Source: Lentisphaeria bacterium (GTDB lineage: Bacteria; Verrucomicrobiota; Lentisphaeria; Victivallales; UBA1829). Taken from it: 64,000 nt of DNA. Under the pieces are notes generated by a model that saw nothing but the letters and a program-made list of their open reading frames with translations, was not told the origin of the DNA and searched no databases. Positions 38,549 through 47,427 of this stretch are shown here, piece by piece; position 1 is the first letter of the stretch; the number at the start of each line of letters is the position of its first letter. The position numbers and the translations under genes are program-made. The stretch is from NCBI GenBank assembly GCA_003526375.1, contig DPDG01000052.1:4139-68138 (forward strand), in the 5' to 3' direction.

Positions 38549-38868
38549 AATTCATGAGGAATACGGAACACGGCGATGATTCCTTCGATGACGATCCGAT
38601 GTCGTCGGTCGGCAATCTTTTCGACATTGCGCTGGTATTTATCGTCGCTTTGCTGTTTGCACTGATGGCGACATTCGGCAAAGAGTTTTTTGAAGGAAAG
38701 ACTGCGGCAAAAGTGGATTCCTCCGGAAAGATCGAGATCATCACGCGGCAGGGCAGGGAGGTGAAGTCCCTGAAGCAGTCGGATGAAAAATCCGAAGGCA
38801 GAGGCGTGCGCCTCGGAACTGCATACCGTCTGGAGGACGGCACCACAATTTATGTTCCGGAGGAGTGA
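38545..38868 (+). CDS. ExbD-topology small protein (DUF2149-like)
   Basis: 107 aa. An acidic N-terminus, one TM helix (LFDIALVFIVALLFALMA), then a small periplasmic domain. ATGA overlap with the upstream gene. Confidence 0.5.
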   Translation: MKFMRNTEHGDDSFDDDPMSSVGNLFDIALVFIVALLFALMATFGKEFFEGKTAAKVDSSGKIEIITRQGREVKSLKQSDEKSEGRGVRLGTAYRLEDGTTIYVPEE

Positions 38869-41800
38869 TGAGAACTCTGCTGGTATTGCTGATGCTGTTT
38901 GCCTTTTCTCTCTGCGCCGCGGAAAAGCGTGTCCTATACCTTGCGGGGGAGTCGAATGCCGCGGCGGCGAAACGCGCATTCCGCGATATGAAACTGCCGG
39001 AGCCGATTCGTTTTCTTGTGATTCCCGACGCCTCGGACCGCCGGTTGCTTGAAACGGAAATCGCCGGAGCCGACCTGATCATCGCAAACGGGCTCGTCCC
39101 CGAATTCCGCGATGCACTTGCCGCCTCGGCACGTCTCGGCAAAACGAAAATCCATCTGCTGGGAACGGAGCATCTCCGTCCGAGGATTCCGCAGAAACTG
39201 CTGGGGCATATCGTTTTCCCGATGGAGAAAGGTGTGGCGGAATACCGCAGTAATCTTTCCCCGCGGAATATGCGGAACCTGATTCTTTACCTGATTCATA
39301 AAGAGCTTGATTCCACCGTGGCTTTCGAGCCGCCGCAGGTCAGGGCAAAAGCGGGGCTGATTGACCCGTTTACCGGGAAATCTTATTCTTCTTATCGCGC
39401 TTACCGGAAAGAGCGTCCCGAAGTGAACAGGAACGGGCGTGCGGTCGTGATGATTTATTCCGCCGGAAATACGCCGGAGGAGACCGCCCTTCTGCGTCCG
39501 CTGGCGGATGCGCTGGAAAAACGCGGCATTGAGACGACTTATGCGTTCGGCGACGAAGTGATGCTGATCCGTAATTTCCTGCTGGACGGGAACGGCAAGT
39601 CCCGTTTCGATATTGCAATTGCATTTTCCTTCAAGTTCAAAGCCGGGCTCGGCGAGCCGTTGAAGAAAGCGCTTTCCGATCTGGATATTCCCGTCGTCAA
39701 TGCGCTGAAACTCTACCGCCAGACCTCGGAGGAATGGGAGAGATCCGTGCAGGGAATGAACAATTTTTCCGTGGCTTTCGCCATGATCGCGCCGGAAGTG
39801 TCGGGACTCATTGAACCTACGCTTCTTACCGGGCGGAGAATGGAAAACGGAGTGATGAAGGATTTTCCGATGTCCGGCAACATGGAGCGGCTGGCTGACC
39901 GCGTGGCAAAATGGGTTTCTCTGCGGAAGAAGGCGAACCGGGAAAAGCGTGTGGCGCTGTTTTTCTATCACCCCGAGGGAGGCAAACAGTCGATCGGTGC
40001 AAGCTATCTGAATGTGCCGCGCTCGATTGTCAATATTGTTCGCGCACTCCATCGGAACGGCTATCATTCGGGCGGACTCGAAACATTGGACGAAAAAGCA
40101 TTGACGGATCGCCTGATCGCCGGAGTCCGCAATGTCGGAAGCTGGGCGCCGGGGGAGCTTGACGAACTGCTGAAAGCCGGAACCTATGCCGAAGTCCCGT
40201 TTGAGCAATATCGACGCTGGTTTTCGGAATTACCGCAGGCGTTTCGGGATTCCGTGGTTCAGGAGTGGGGCACGCCGGAAGATTCAACGATCATGACGAA
40301 AAACGGCAGGTTCATAATCCCTGTCCTGCTTCGCGGAAATCTGGCTGTCCTGCCGGAACCGATGCGCGGATACCTCGGCGATGTCAATAAACTCTACCAT
40401 TCCAGAACACTTGCTCCTCCGCACCAGTATGTGGCGGTTTACCTCTATCTGCGGCATGTGTTCCGCGCCGATGCCGTGATTCATCTCGGACGGCACGGTT
40501 CGCAGGAATGGCTTCCCGGAAAACAGCTCGGACTTTCCGAAGCCTGCGCTCCGGCGGTTCTCGGCGGCGACATGGTAAGCCTCTATCCTTATATTTCCGA
40601 CGGCATCGGGGAGGGCATTCTGGTGAAACGGCGCGGCGCGGGGGTGATCCTTTCCCATTTGACTCCTGTGCTCGGCAGTGCCGGAATGCAGTCGGAACAG
40701 CGGAAACTGGCGGCTCTGATTCAGGATTATCAGAGTGCCGATCCCAACAGGAAAAACGCAGTTTTCGCGGAATTGAAAAAAGCCGCGGAATCCGGCGGCT
40801 TTCTCCGTGATGCGGGAATTGCGAGGCTGAATACGGAAAACCTTCATCAGTTGCAGCATTATCTGGAAGACCTGCTCCAGTCCGCGCTTCCGTTCGGACT
40901 GCACAGTTACGGCGCTTCACCCGACAGGAAAGAGCTGGAACGCATACTGGAGCTTTCCGGGAAGAAGGGAAAAGAGCGGGAGCGTCTGCGCTCTCTGCTG
41001 CTGCGTTCCGGTTCCGATGAATTGGATTCCCTGCTTGCCGGCCTCGCAGGGCGTTTCATTCCGCCGGGACTTTCGGGCGATCCGGTCCGTTCTCCTGAAT
41101 CCCTGCCTGTCGGACGCAACTTTTACGGTTTTGACCCCGATAAATTTCCGACCCGCGCCGCTTTTGCAAATGCGCGGAAAGCAGTGGAAAAGCTGATTGC
41201 GGATTACCGTGCGGCACATGACGGGGCTTATCCTGCGAATACGGCGATTGTGCTCTGGGCGGGAGAGAGCGTGCGGACCGGCGGGCTCAACGAGAGCATT
41301 TTCCTGCATCTGATCGGCATGGAACCGGAGTGGGATGAGAACGGCAGAATCCGTAATTTCCGTCCGGTTCCCGCAGCTCGATTGAAGCGTCCGCGTCTGG
41401 ATGTGACCGTCACGACATCGGGCGCTTACCGTGACCAGTTTGCCGGATTGCTGGCGAAGCTGGATGCGGCGCAGAGAGCCGCGGCGAAATTGACGGATGT
41501 GGAAAACTTTCTTGCCGCTCATAACCGTGCGTCCGTCCGGGAGCTGGTGCGTCAGGGGGCTGCGGAAGCGGAGGCGGTCCGGCAGGCTTCGCGCAGGATT
41601 TATTTCCCTGCTCCGGGGACTTACGGCGTGGGCGTCAACCGGCTGGCGGGAGCTTCCGGCGTGTGGGAGTCGAACACGGAAATTGCACAGGTTTATCTGG
41701 AGCGGATGAGCCATGGCGTCAATGCCGATGGGACACTCGGGGAAGCCGGAAACGGATTGAGGGCACAGTTGAAAACCGCTTCGGTTGTTCTGCACTCCCG

Positions 41801-42692
41801 CAGTTCCACGCTTTACGGCGTGACGGATATCGACGACATGTTCCAGTATCTCGGCGGTCTTTCTCTCGCGGTCCGCACACAGAGCGGCAGGGCGCCGGAG
41901 CAACTGATCCTCGACAACCGGAATGCGTCGTCCGTCCGTCTGACTCCGCTGAAACGCTTTATCGCGGCGGAGCTCCGGACCCGTTCCCTGAATCCCGACT
42001 GGATCGCCGCCCAGCAGAATGAGAATTATGCGGGGGCGCGGATGATTGCGCGAACGGTTGACAATCTCTGGGGCTGGCAGTCGGTGACGCCGGAGAATAT
42101 CGATCCTTCTCAATGGAACGAGCTGTATGAGGTGTATCAGAAGGACCGTTACCGGCTTGGGCTCCGCAGGTTTTTCCAGCAGGAGAACGCATGGGCGGAA
42201 CAGTCGGTTTCCGCGCGGATGCTGGAAGCGGTCCGAAAAGAGTTCTGGAATGCCCCGCAGCAAATCAGGACGGAGCTGGCACGGAATTATGCACAGAGCG
42301 TGATCGACAACGGCGTTGCCTGCTGCGATCACACCTGCAACAATCCGCTTCTGCATCAGATGGTGGTCAACCTGATCTCGGTCCCCGGAGTAATGACGCC
42401 GGAAAGTGTCGCGAAGTTCCAGATTGCCGTGGAACGTGCGGCTGCGCGGGAGCTTTCGGAGCAGATACGGGAACGCCGCAGCCGGCAGGCTGGTTTGAAA
42501 CAGTCACCGCCGCAGCAGGAGAGTGCGCCCCGCCGGAGCCCGGAACTGCATCCGGTCAAAGGGTATAAGATGAAAGAGGCGCATGATGACAAAACGCGGA
42601 TGAGTTCTTCCGGCATCCGCTGGGCGTCCATTCTGGCATTGCTGGCGCTGACAGGAGTCTTTCTTGCCGGGACACGGCAGGAAAGACAATAA
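38868..42692 (+). CDS. CobN/BchH-family (class I chelatase large subunit-like) protein with a signal peptide and C-terminal TM anchor
   Basis: HLGRHGSQEWLPGKQLGLSEACAPAVLGG..YPYISDGIGEGILVKRRGAGVILSHLTP and LPVGRNFYGFDP...RPRLDVTVTTSGAYRDQF are CobN hallmark blocks. N-terminal MRTLLVLLMLFAFSLCAA; C-terminal WASILALLALTGVFLAG. Confidence 0.85.
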   Translation: MRTLLVLLMLFAFSLCAAEKRVLYLAGESNAAAAKRAFRDMKLPEPIRFLVIPDASDRRLLETEIAGADLIIANGLVPEFRDALAASARLGKTKIHLLGTEHLRPRIPQKLLGHIVFPMEKGVAEYRSNLSPRNMRNLILYLIHKELDSTVAFEPPQVRAKAGLIDPFTGKSYSSYRAYRKERPEVNRNGRAVVMIYSAGNTPEETALLRPLADALEKRGIETTYAFGDEVMLIRNFLLDGNGKSRFDIAIAFSFKFKAGLGEPLKKALSDLDIPVVNALKLYRQTSEEWERSVQGMNNFSVAFAMIAPEVSGLIEPTLLTGRRMENGVMKDFPMSGNMERLADRVAKWVSLRKKANREKRVALFFYHPEGGKQSIGASYLNVPRSIVNIVRALHRNGYHSGGLETLDEKALTDRLIAGVRNVGSWAPGELDELLKAGTYAEVPFEQYRRWFSELPQAFRDSVVQEWGTPEDSTIMTKNGRFIIPVLLRGNLAVLPEPMRGYLGDVNKLYHSRTLAPPHQYVAVYLYLRHVFRADAVIHLGRHGSQEWLPGKQLGLSEACAPAVLGGDMVSLYPYISDGIGEGILVKRRGAGVILSHLTPVLGSAGMQSEQRKLAALIQDYQSADPNRKNAVFAELKKAAESGGFLRDAGIARLNTENLHQLQHYLEDLLQSALPFGLHSYGASPDRKELERILELSGKKGKERERLRSLLLRSGSDELDSLLAGLAGRFIPPGLSGDPVRSPESLPVGRNFYGFDPDKFPTRAAFANARKAVEKLIADYRAAHDGAYPANTAIVLWAGESVRTGGLNESIFLHLIGMEPEWDENGRIRNFRPVPAARLKRPRLDVTVTTSGAYRDQFAGLLAKLDAAQRAAAKLTDVENFLAAHNRASVRELVRQGAAEAEAVRQASRRIYFPAPGTYGVGVNRLAGASGVWESNTEIAQVYLERMSHGVNADGTLGEAGNGLRAQLKTASVVLHSRSSTLYGVTDIDDMFQYLGGLSLAVRTQSGRAPEQLILDNRNASSVRLTPLKRFIAAELRTRSLNPDWIAAQQNENYAGARMIARTVDNLWGWQSVTPENIDPSQWNELYEVYQKDRYRLGLRRFFQQENAWAEQSVSARMLEAVRKEFWNAPQQIRTELARNYAQSVIDNGVACCDHTCNNPLLHQMVVNLISVPGVMTPESVAKFQIAVERAAARELSEQIRERRSRQAGLKQSPPQQESAPRRSPELHPVKGYKMKEAHDDKTRMSSSGIRWASILALLALTGVFLAGTRQERQ

Positions 42693-42712
42693 TGTTCTTT
42701 TTTTGAACGGTC

Positions 42713-43618
42713 TTATTTGACGGCAAGCATTCTTTCAATCGGCAGGACTGCACGTGCCATCAGTTCCGGCGGCAGTTCGATCACATTGCGCATCTCCGCA
42801 AGTGCGTCTGCGACCTCCTGAAGCGTGATTTTCTTCATGTTCGGGCAGAGCATTTCCGGTTTCAGCGGGAAAAATTCCTTTTCCGGATTCTCTTTTGCAA
42901 GACGGTGCAGAATCCCGGTTTCCGTGCCGATGATGAACTGCCTGTCCGCCGATTCGCGCACGAAACGGAGAATTCCGCCGGTGCTGAGCGCTTCATCCGC
43001 CTCCGCCACGATTTCCGGACGGCATTCCGGATGCACCAGGACTTTTGCCTCCGGATGCATCCTGCGCGCCTCGCGGATCATTTCCACGGTCACTTTATTG
43101 TGCGTCGGGCAGAATCCCTGCCAGAGCTCCATGGGGCGGTTCAGCTTGTTCATCATGTTTGCACCGAGATTGCGGTCCGGCAGGAACATGATTTTTTTGT
43201 CCGCGGGAATGGAGCGGATGATTTTTTCCGCATTGCCGGATGTGCAGCAGATATCGACCTGCGCCTTGACTTCGGCGGTGCTGTTCACATACGCCACGAG
43301 AACCGTGTCCGGATTCGCCTTTTTGTATGCGGCGACTTCCGACGGGTCCGCCATATCCGCCATCGGACAGCCGGAATAGAGATTGGGCAGGAGAACGGTG
43401 GAGTGCGGAGAGAGCAGTTTTGCGGTTTCCGCCATGAAACGGACTCCGCAGAAAACGATGACCCCTGCCTTGAGTTCTTTGGCTTTGATGCTCAGTTCAA
43501 GGGAATCGCCCGTGAAATCGGCAATGTCCTGAATATCGCTGGTGACATAATTGTGGGCGAGTATGACGGCATTGCGCTCCTTGCGCAGTGTCGCAATTTC
43601 TTCTGCAAGTGTCAACAT
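42713..43618 (-). CDS. nadA: quinolinate synthase
   Basis: NAVILAHNYVTSDIQDIADFTGDSLELS..VFCGVRFMAETAKLL, with NadA-typical length (301 aa). Confidence 0.9.
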   Translation of the reverse strand: MLTLAEEIATLRKERNAVILAHNYVTSDIQDIADFTGDSLELSIKAKELKAGVIVFCGVRFMAETAKLLSPHSTVLLPNLYSGCPMADMADPSEVAAYKKANPDTVLVAYVNSTAEVKAQVDICCTSGNAEKIIRSIPADKKIMFLPDRNLGANMMNKLNRPMELWQGFCPTHNKVTVEMIREARRMHPEAKVLVHPECRPEIVAEADEALSTGGILRFVRESADRQFIIGTETGILHRLAKENPEKEFFPLKPEMLCPNMKKITLQEVADALAEMRNVIELPPELMARAVLPIERMLAVK

Positions 43619-43734
43619 GGTTCATTCCCCTGCATTGTTTACGGTTTTCCGGTAATATACTCCTTGAAAAGAAAATTAAAAGCTGTATTTTATATTTCAC
43701 GACTATTTCGGTAATATTTGGAAGGAGGTGCCCC

Positions 43735-44784
43735 GTGACCGATCATGAACTCGAAAGACTGCTCAGCCTGACTGATCCCGGCGAGCTTCGCCGTCTTTAT
43801 GACGACGCCTATCAGATGAAACTGAAATACATCGGGAAGAAAGTAAGCATCCGCGGCCTGATCGAGATCAGCAACATCTGCCGGAAAAACTGTTATTACT
43901 GCGGTATCCGCAGCGGAAACCGGAATGTGAAGCGGTTTCAGATTTCCAGAGAGGAAATCATCGAAACCGCATTGTGGGCATACCGTCACCGTTTTGCGTC
44001 TCTCGTTCTGCAGTCGGGAGAGATGATGTCGGACGAGTTCACGGAATTTATTGAAAGCATTGTGCGGGAAATCTGCGCAAAGACGGATCATCAGGCGGGA
44101 ATCACGCTCTCTCTCGGAGAACAGTCTCCCGAGACCTACCGCCGCTGGAGGGAGGCGGGCGCGACGCGTTACCTGCTCCGTATCGAGGCGTCCGATCCGG
44201 AACTCTATGCGAAACTGCATCCGGCGGATCACAGTTATGAGGCGCGTGTGGCGTGCCTGCGTTCTTTGCGCGAACTGGATTATCAGGTCGGGACGGGTGT
44301 CATGATCGGGCTGCCCGGACAGACCGTGAAGCATCTGGTGAAAGATCTGCGTTTCTTCCAGGAGCATGATATTGACATGATCGGCATGGGACCTTATATC
44401 CCGCATGAAGATACGCCCCTCGGCGCCGGAATGACCCTCGCGGATGAATACCGGAAACATCAGTTGGAACTCGGGTTGAAGATGATTGCCTGTGCGAGAC
44501 TGCTGCTGGAGGATGTGAATATCGCTTCGACGACCGCGCTTCAGGCGCTGGACCCGAAAGGGCGGGAGCTCGGGCTTCTCGCGGGCGGGAACGTCATCAT
44601 GCCGAATGTCACGGATACTTCATACAGAAAAAGTTACCAGCTTTACGCCGGAAAGCCTGGAATCAATGAAAGTTCGGATCAGAGTATTGCCGCACTGACC
44701 CGGAGTATTGACGCCGTCGGGGAAACGATCCTGTGGGATGTCCGGGGGGACTCAAAACACTACTTCCGCAGGCATGGAAGATAG
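43735..44784 (+). CDS. radical SAM protein, HydE/BioB-like
   Basis: CxxxCxxC (CRKNCYYCG) preceded by IRGLIEISNIC. GTG start 43735 sits behind SD GGAGG (43725-29); the ORF-track start at 43588 is rejected. Confidence 0.65.
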   Translation: MTDHELERLLSLTDPGELRRLYDDAYQMKLKYIGKKVSIRGLIEISNICRKNCYYCGIRSGNRNVKRFQISREEIIETALWAYRHRFASLVLQSGEMMSDEFTEFIESIVREICAKTDHQAGITLSLGEQSPETYRRWREAGATRYLLRIEASDPELYAKLHPADHSYEARVACLRSLRELDYQVGTGVMIGLPGQTVKHLVKDLRFFQEHDIDMIGMGPYIPHEDTPLGAGMTLADEYRKHQLELGLKMIACARLLLEDVNIASTTALQALDPKGRELGLLAGGNVIMPNVTDTSYRKSYQLYAGKPGINESSDQSIAALTRSIDAVGETILWDVRGDSKHYFRRHGR

Positions 44785-44790
44785 GCGGAG

Positions 44791-45237
44791 TCAGATGCAG
44801 TAATCGAAATACTCGCTTCCTTCGTGTTTCTCCCTGTATTTTTCGATGATGTCCTGAAGTGTGATTTTCGCCATGCTCCGGCGGATTTCCTCGTTCAGGG
44901 TACACCAGATTTCCCGCGCGGCGCACTCCTCTGTGACGTTGCATGATTTCGGGTGGCAGACGCAGTTGACGATGGATACGGGGCCCTCCATGACTTCAAG
45001 TATTTCAAGGAGAGTCAGGTTCTTCGGATACCGTGCGATCCGGTATCCGCCTTTTGCGCCGCGAATGGATTTGACCATTCCCGCTTTGCGTAATTTGATG
45101 ATGAGGCGGCTGATATATTTTTCGGATATCTGCTGCGAGTCCGCGATCTGGTGGATCATGCGCGGTTTTGCACCGGCATTCAGAGCCAGGTCCAGCATAA
45201 TGCGCAGCCCGTATCTTCCCTTCGTTGAAATTTTCAT
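44791..45237 (-). CDS. Rrf2-family (IscR-like) transcriptional regulator
   Basis: MKISTKGRYGLRIMLDLA..ISEKYISRLIIKLRKAGMVKSIRGAKGGYRIAR plus a Cys cluster CVCHPKSC...EEC. Confidence 0.85.
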   Translation of the reverse strand: MKISTKGRYGLRIMLDLALNAGAKPRMIHQIADSQQISEKYISRLIIKLRKAGMVKSIRGAKGGYRIARYPKNLTLLEILEVMEGPVSIVNCVCHPKSCNVTEECAAREIWCTLNEEIRRSMAKITLQDIIEKYREKHEGSEYFDYCI

Positions 45238-45395
45238 GAATGCACTCCCCGGTAAATCATGCTTTTCCGGCTGTTAATATGGCTGGAATCCATGATTTTG
45301 CAACCGGAATGTGAAATAAAAACAGGAATAAAATCTCTGTGGCGGCACGCTGTTTCCGCTTCCGGTATGGAGCGGGCTCGAAATGCGGCATGAAA

Positions 45396-47366
45396 TCAGC
45401 CGGCATTGCCGAGCAGGGCGGCAAACTTGTGACGGTCCTCATCCGGCGCAATGACCGCAAGCAGGTCGCCGTCAAGGAAAATGAATTTTTCATCCGGATT
45501 CGGGATCATGTCATTGCCGCGGATCACGCCCACGATATGTATGTTGCCGATCTCTTTGAATTTGCCGGAGAATGTGCGGTTGGCAAGCTCGGAATCCCTG
45601 CCGATCTCCATCCACTTGAAATCCACCATGCTGACGAAAGAACTCAGATTGTCGCTCCGCTTTGCATCGCTTTGGCTCAGCATCAGCGGCGTGGAATACT
45701 GATCGCGCATCTTCTGAAGATTGTTCTGTATCTGGACCATGGAATAATCGAGTTTGTGAAGCGCAAGACGCGAGAGGTCCAGCCCGAGCTCAAAGACGGG
45801 GCGCATGACATCGAATACCTTATATTCATGCATTGCGTCCGCCTCTTCCTGAGAGTAAGCCTGCGAGACGATCTTGATATCGGGATTCAGAAGGCGCGCA
45901 TTGCGTATGATATCCGTATTGACTTTGAATTCCTGTGCTGCCGCGATAATCATTCTGGCTCGTCCGACCGCCGCCGCTTTCAGGATCACCTCCTCCGATG
46001 GAGAGCCGAAAATACATTCAAAGCCGTCTTTGCGCATGTCGTTGAACAGGAAATAATTCGGTTCTATGATGATGTAAGGCAGCTCGAAATGTTCCATCAC
46101 CTTTGCAACCACACGCTGGACACGCCCGCCTCCGGCGAGTATGATGTGATTCGTCAAAGCCGGTTCCGGCATGTTGAATGTGTTCATGACTGCGGTCGGG
46201 AAATGTTTCCGGAGGTATTCATACGCGGGAGTCGTGAGTGAGGAGACCGGCGGACCGAGCACCATGGAGCAGATCACGGTGCAGAGCATCAGCATATAAA
46301 GATCCTGCGTAAGAATTCCCGCCGCATAACCGGAGCTGAGGACGATGAATGCGATTTCCGAGGTCGGGAACATGCCGAAGAACATGGCGGCGGGGATTAC
46401 ATTGCGGTATTTGAACAGCCATGCGAGAACCGCAAGGAAAAACGTGCGACTGAGCCCCGTGAGCACGACCAGCAGCAGGATCATCCAGAAATGTTTCATC
46501 AGGAACGGGACATTCATCAACATGCCGATGGAAACGAAAAACAGCATGCTGAACAGGTCACGCACCGGGAGCATCTCGTAAAGCGCTTTCTTGCCGTAAT
46601 CGGAACCGTTCAGCAGAATTCCCGCCATGAATGCGCCGAAAGAGAATGTCAGGCACATCTTGTCCGCAAGAAAACCGATTCCCAGGCTGATGACCGTCAC
46701 GCAAAGCAGGAACAGCTCCTGTGAATTCCACGAGGAGACGTGCCGCAGGATTGGCGGAATGATGCGCGGTCCGACCAGAAACAGCACCGTGACGAATGCA
46801 GCGCCGATCCCGACCGGTTTCAGGGCGTTCATGAAGCCTTCGTTCAGGTTGTTGGCGTTCATGAGGAGCACCATCAGAGGAATGACGATCAGGTCCTGAA
46901 CCAGCGAAACACCGATCATGGAGCGTCCGGAGAGCGTCATCATACGGTTGTGCATGGTCAGGCTCTTGAGCACGACTGCGGTACTGGTGGAAACGAATGC
47001 GGCGCTGGCGAACAATGCAGGGTAGCCGGCAATACCGAAAAAGCCTTTCAGAATGCCGAAAACACACAGGAGCGTGGCGAAAACCTGAATGATCGAACCC
47101 CAGACCGCCAGCTTCCTGACAGGGCGGATGTCGTCAAGCGAGAACTCAAGCCCCATGGAGAAAAGAAGCAGCGCCACGCCGATATCGGAGAGCCCCTGCA
47201 ACTGATTCTGGTCGATGACGACCCCGTTTGCCCCGCTGTTGATGAGGCTGATCGTGACTCCGGCGAGGATATATCCGAGCAGGAGAGGCTGTCCGAGGCG
47301 TTTTGCGATCCCGCCTCCGATCAGCCCTCCGATCAGGATTGCCAGAAGTGCCGTTACGATGCTCAT
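45396..47366 (-). CDS. CPA2-family cation:proton antiporter with C-terminal RCK/TrkA domains (Kef-type)
   Basis: About 12 TM Na+/H+ exchanger core (LGYILAGV...) followed by two TrkA-like soluble domains; 656 aa. Confidence 0.85.
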   Translation of the reverse strand: MSIVTALLAILIGGLIGGGIAKRLGQPLLLGYILAGVTISLINSGANGVVIDQNQLQGLSDIGVALLLFSMGLEFSLDDIRPVRKLAVWGSIIQVFATLLCVFGILKGFFGIAGYPALFASAAFVSTSTAVVLKSLTMHNRMMTLSGRSMIGVSLVQDLIVIPLMVLLMNANNLNEGFMNALKPVGIGAAFVTVLFLVGPRIIPPILRHVSSWNSQELFLLCVTVISLGIGFLADKMCLTFSFGAFMAGILLNGSDYGKKALYEMLPVRDLFSMLFFVSIGMLMNVPFLMKHFWMILLLVVLTGLSRTFFLAVLAWLFKYRNVIPAAMFFGMFPTSEIAFIVLSSGYAAGILTQDLYMLMLCTVICSMVLGPPVSSLTTPAYEYLRKHFPTAVMNTFNMPEPALTNHIILAGGGRVQRVVAKVMEHFELPYIIIEPNYFLFNDMRKDGFECIFGSPSEEVILKAAAVGRARMIIAAAQEFKVNTDIIRNARLLNPDIKIVSQAYSQEEADAMHEYKVFDVMRPVFELGLDLSRLALHKLDYSMVQIQNNLQKMRDQYSTPLMLSQSDAKRSDNLSSFVSMVDFKWMEIGRDSELANRTFSGKFKEIGNIHIVGVIRGNDMIPNPDEKFIFLDGDLLAVIAPDEDRHKFAALLGNAG

Positions 47367-47427
47367 TTGCTATGGGGTGTTCATTTCTGCCGTTTGCAAT
47401 AAAACAACGGGGGGAAGCTCATGCTTC

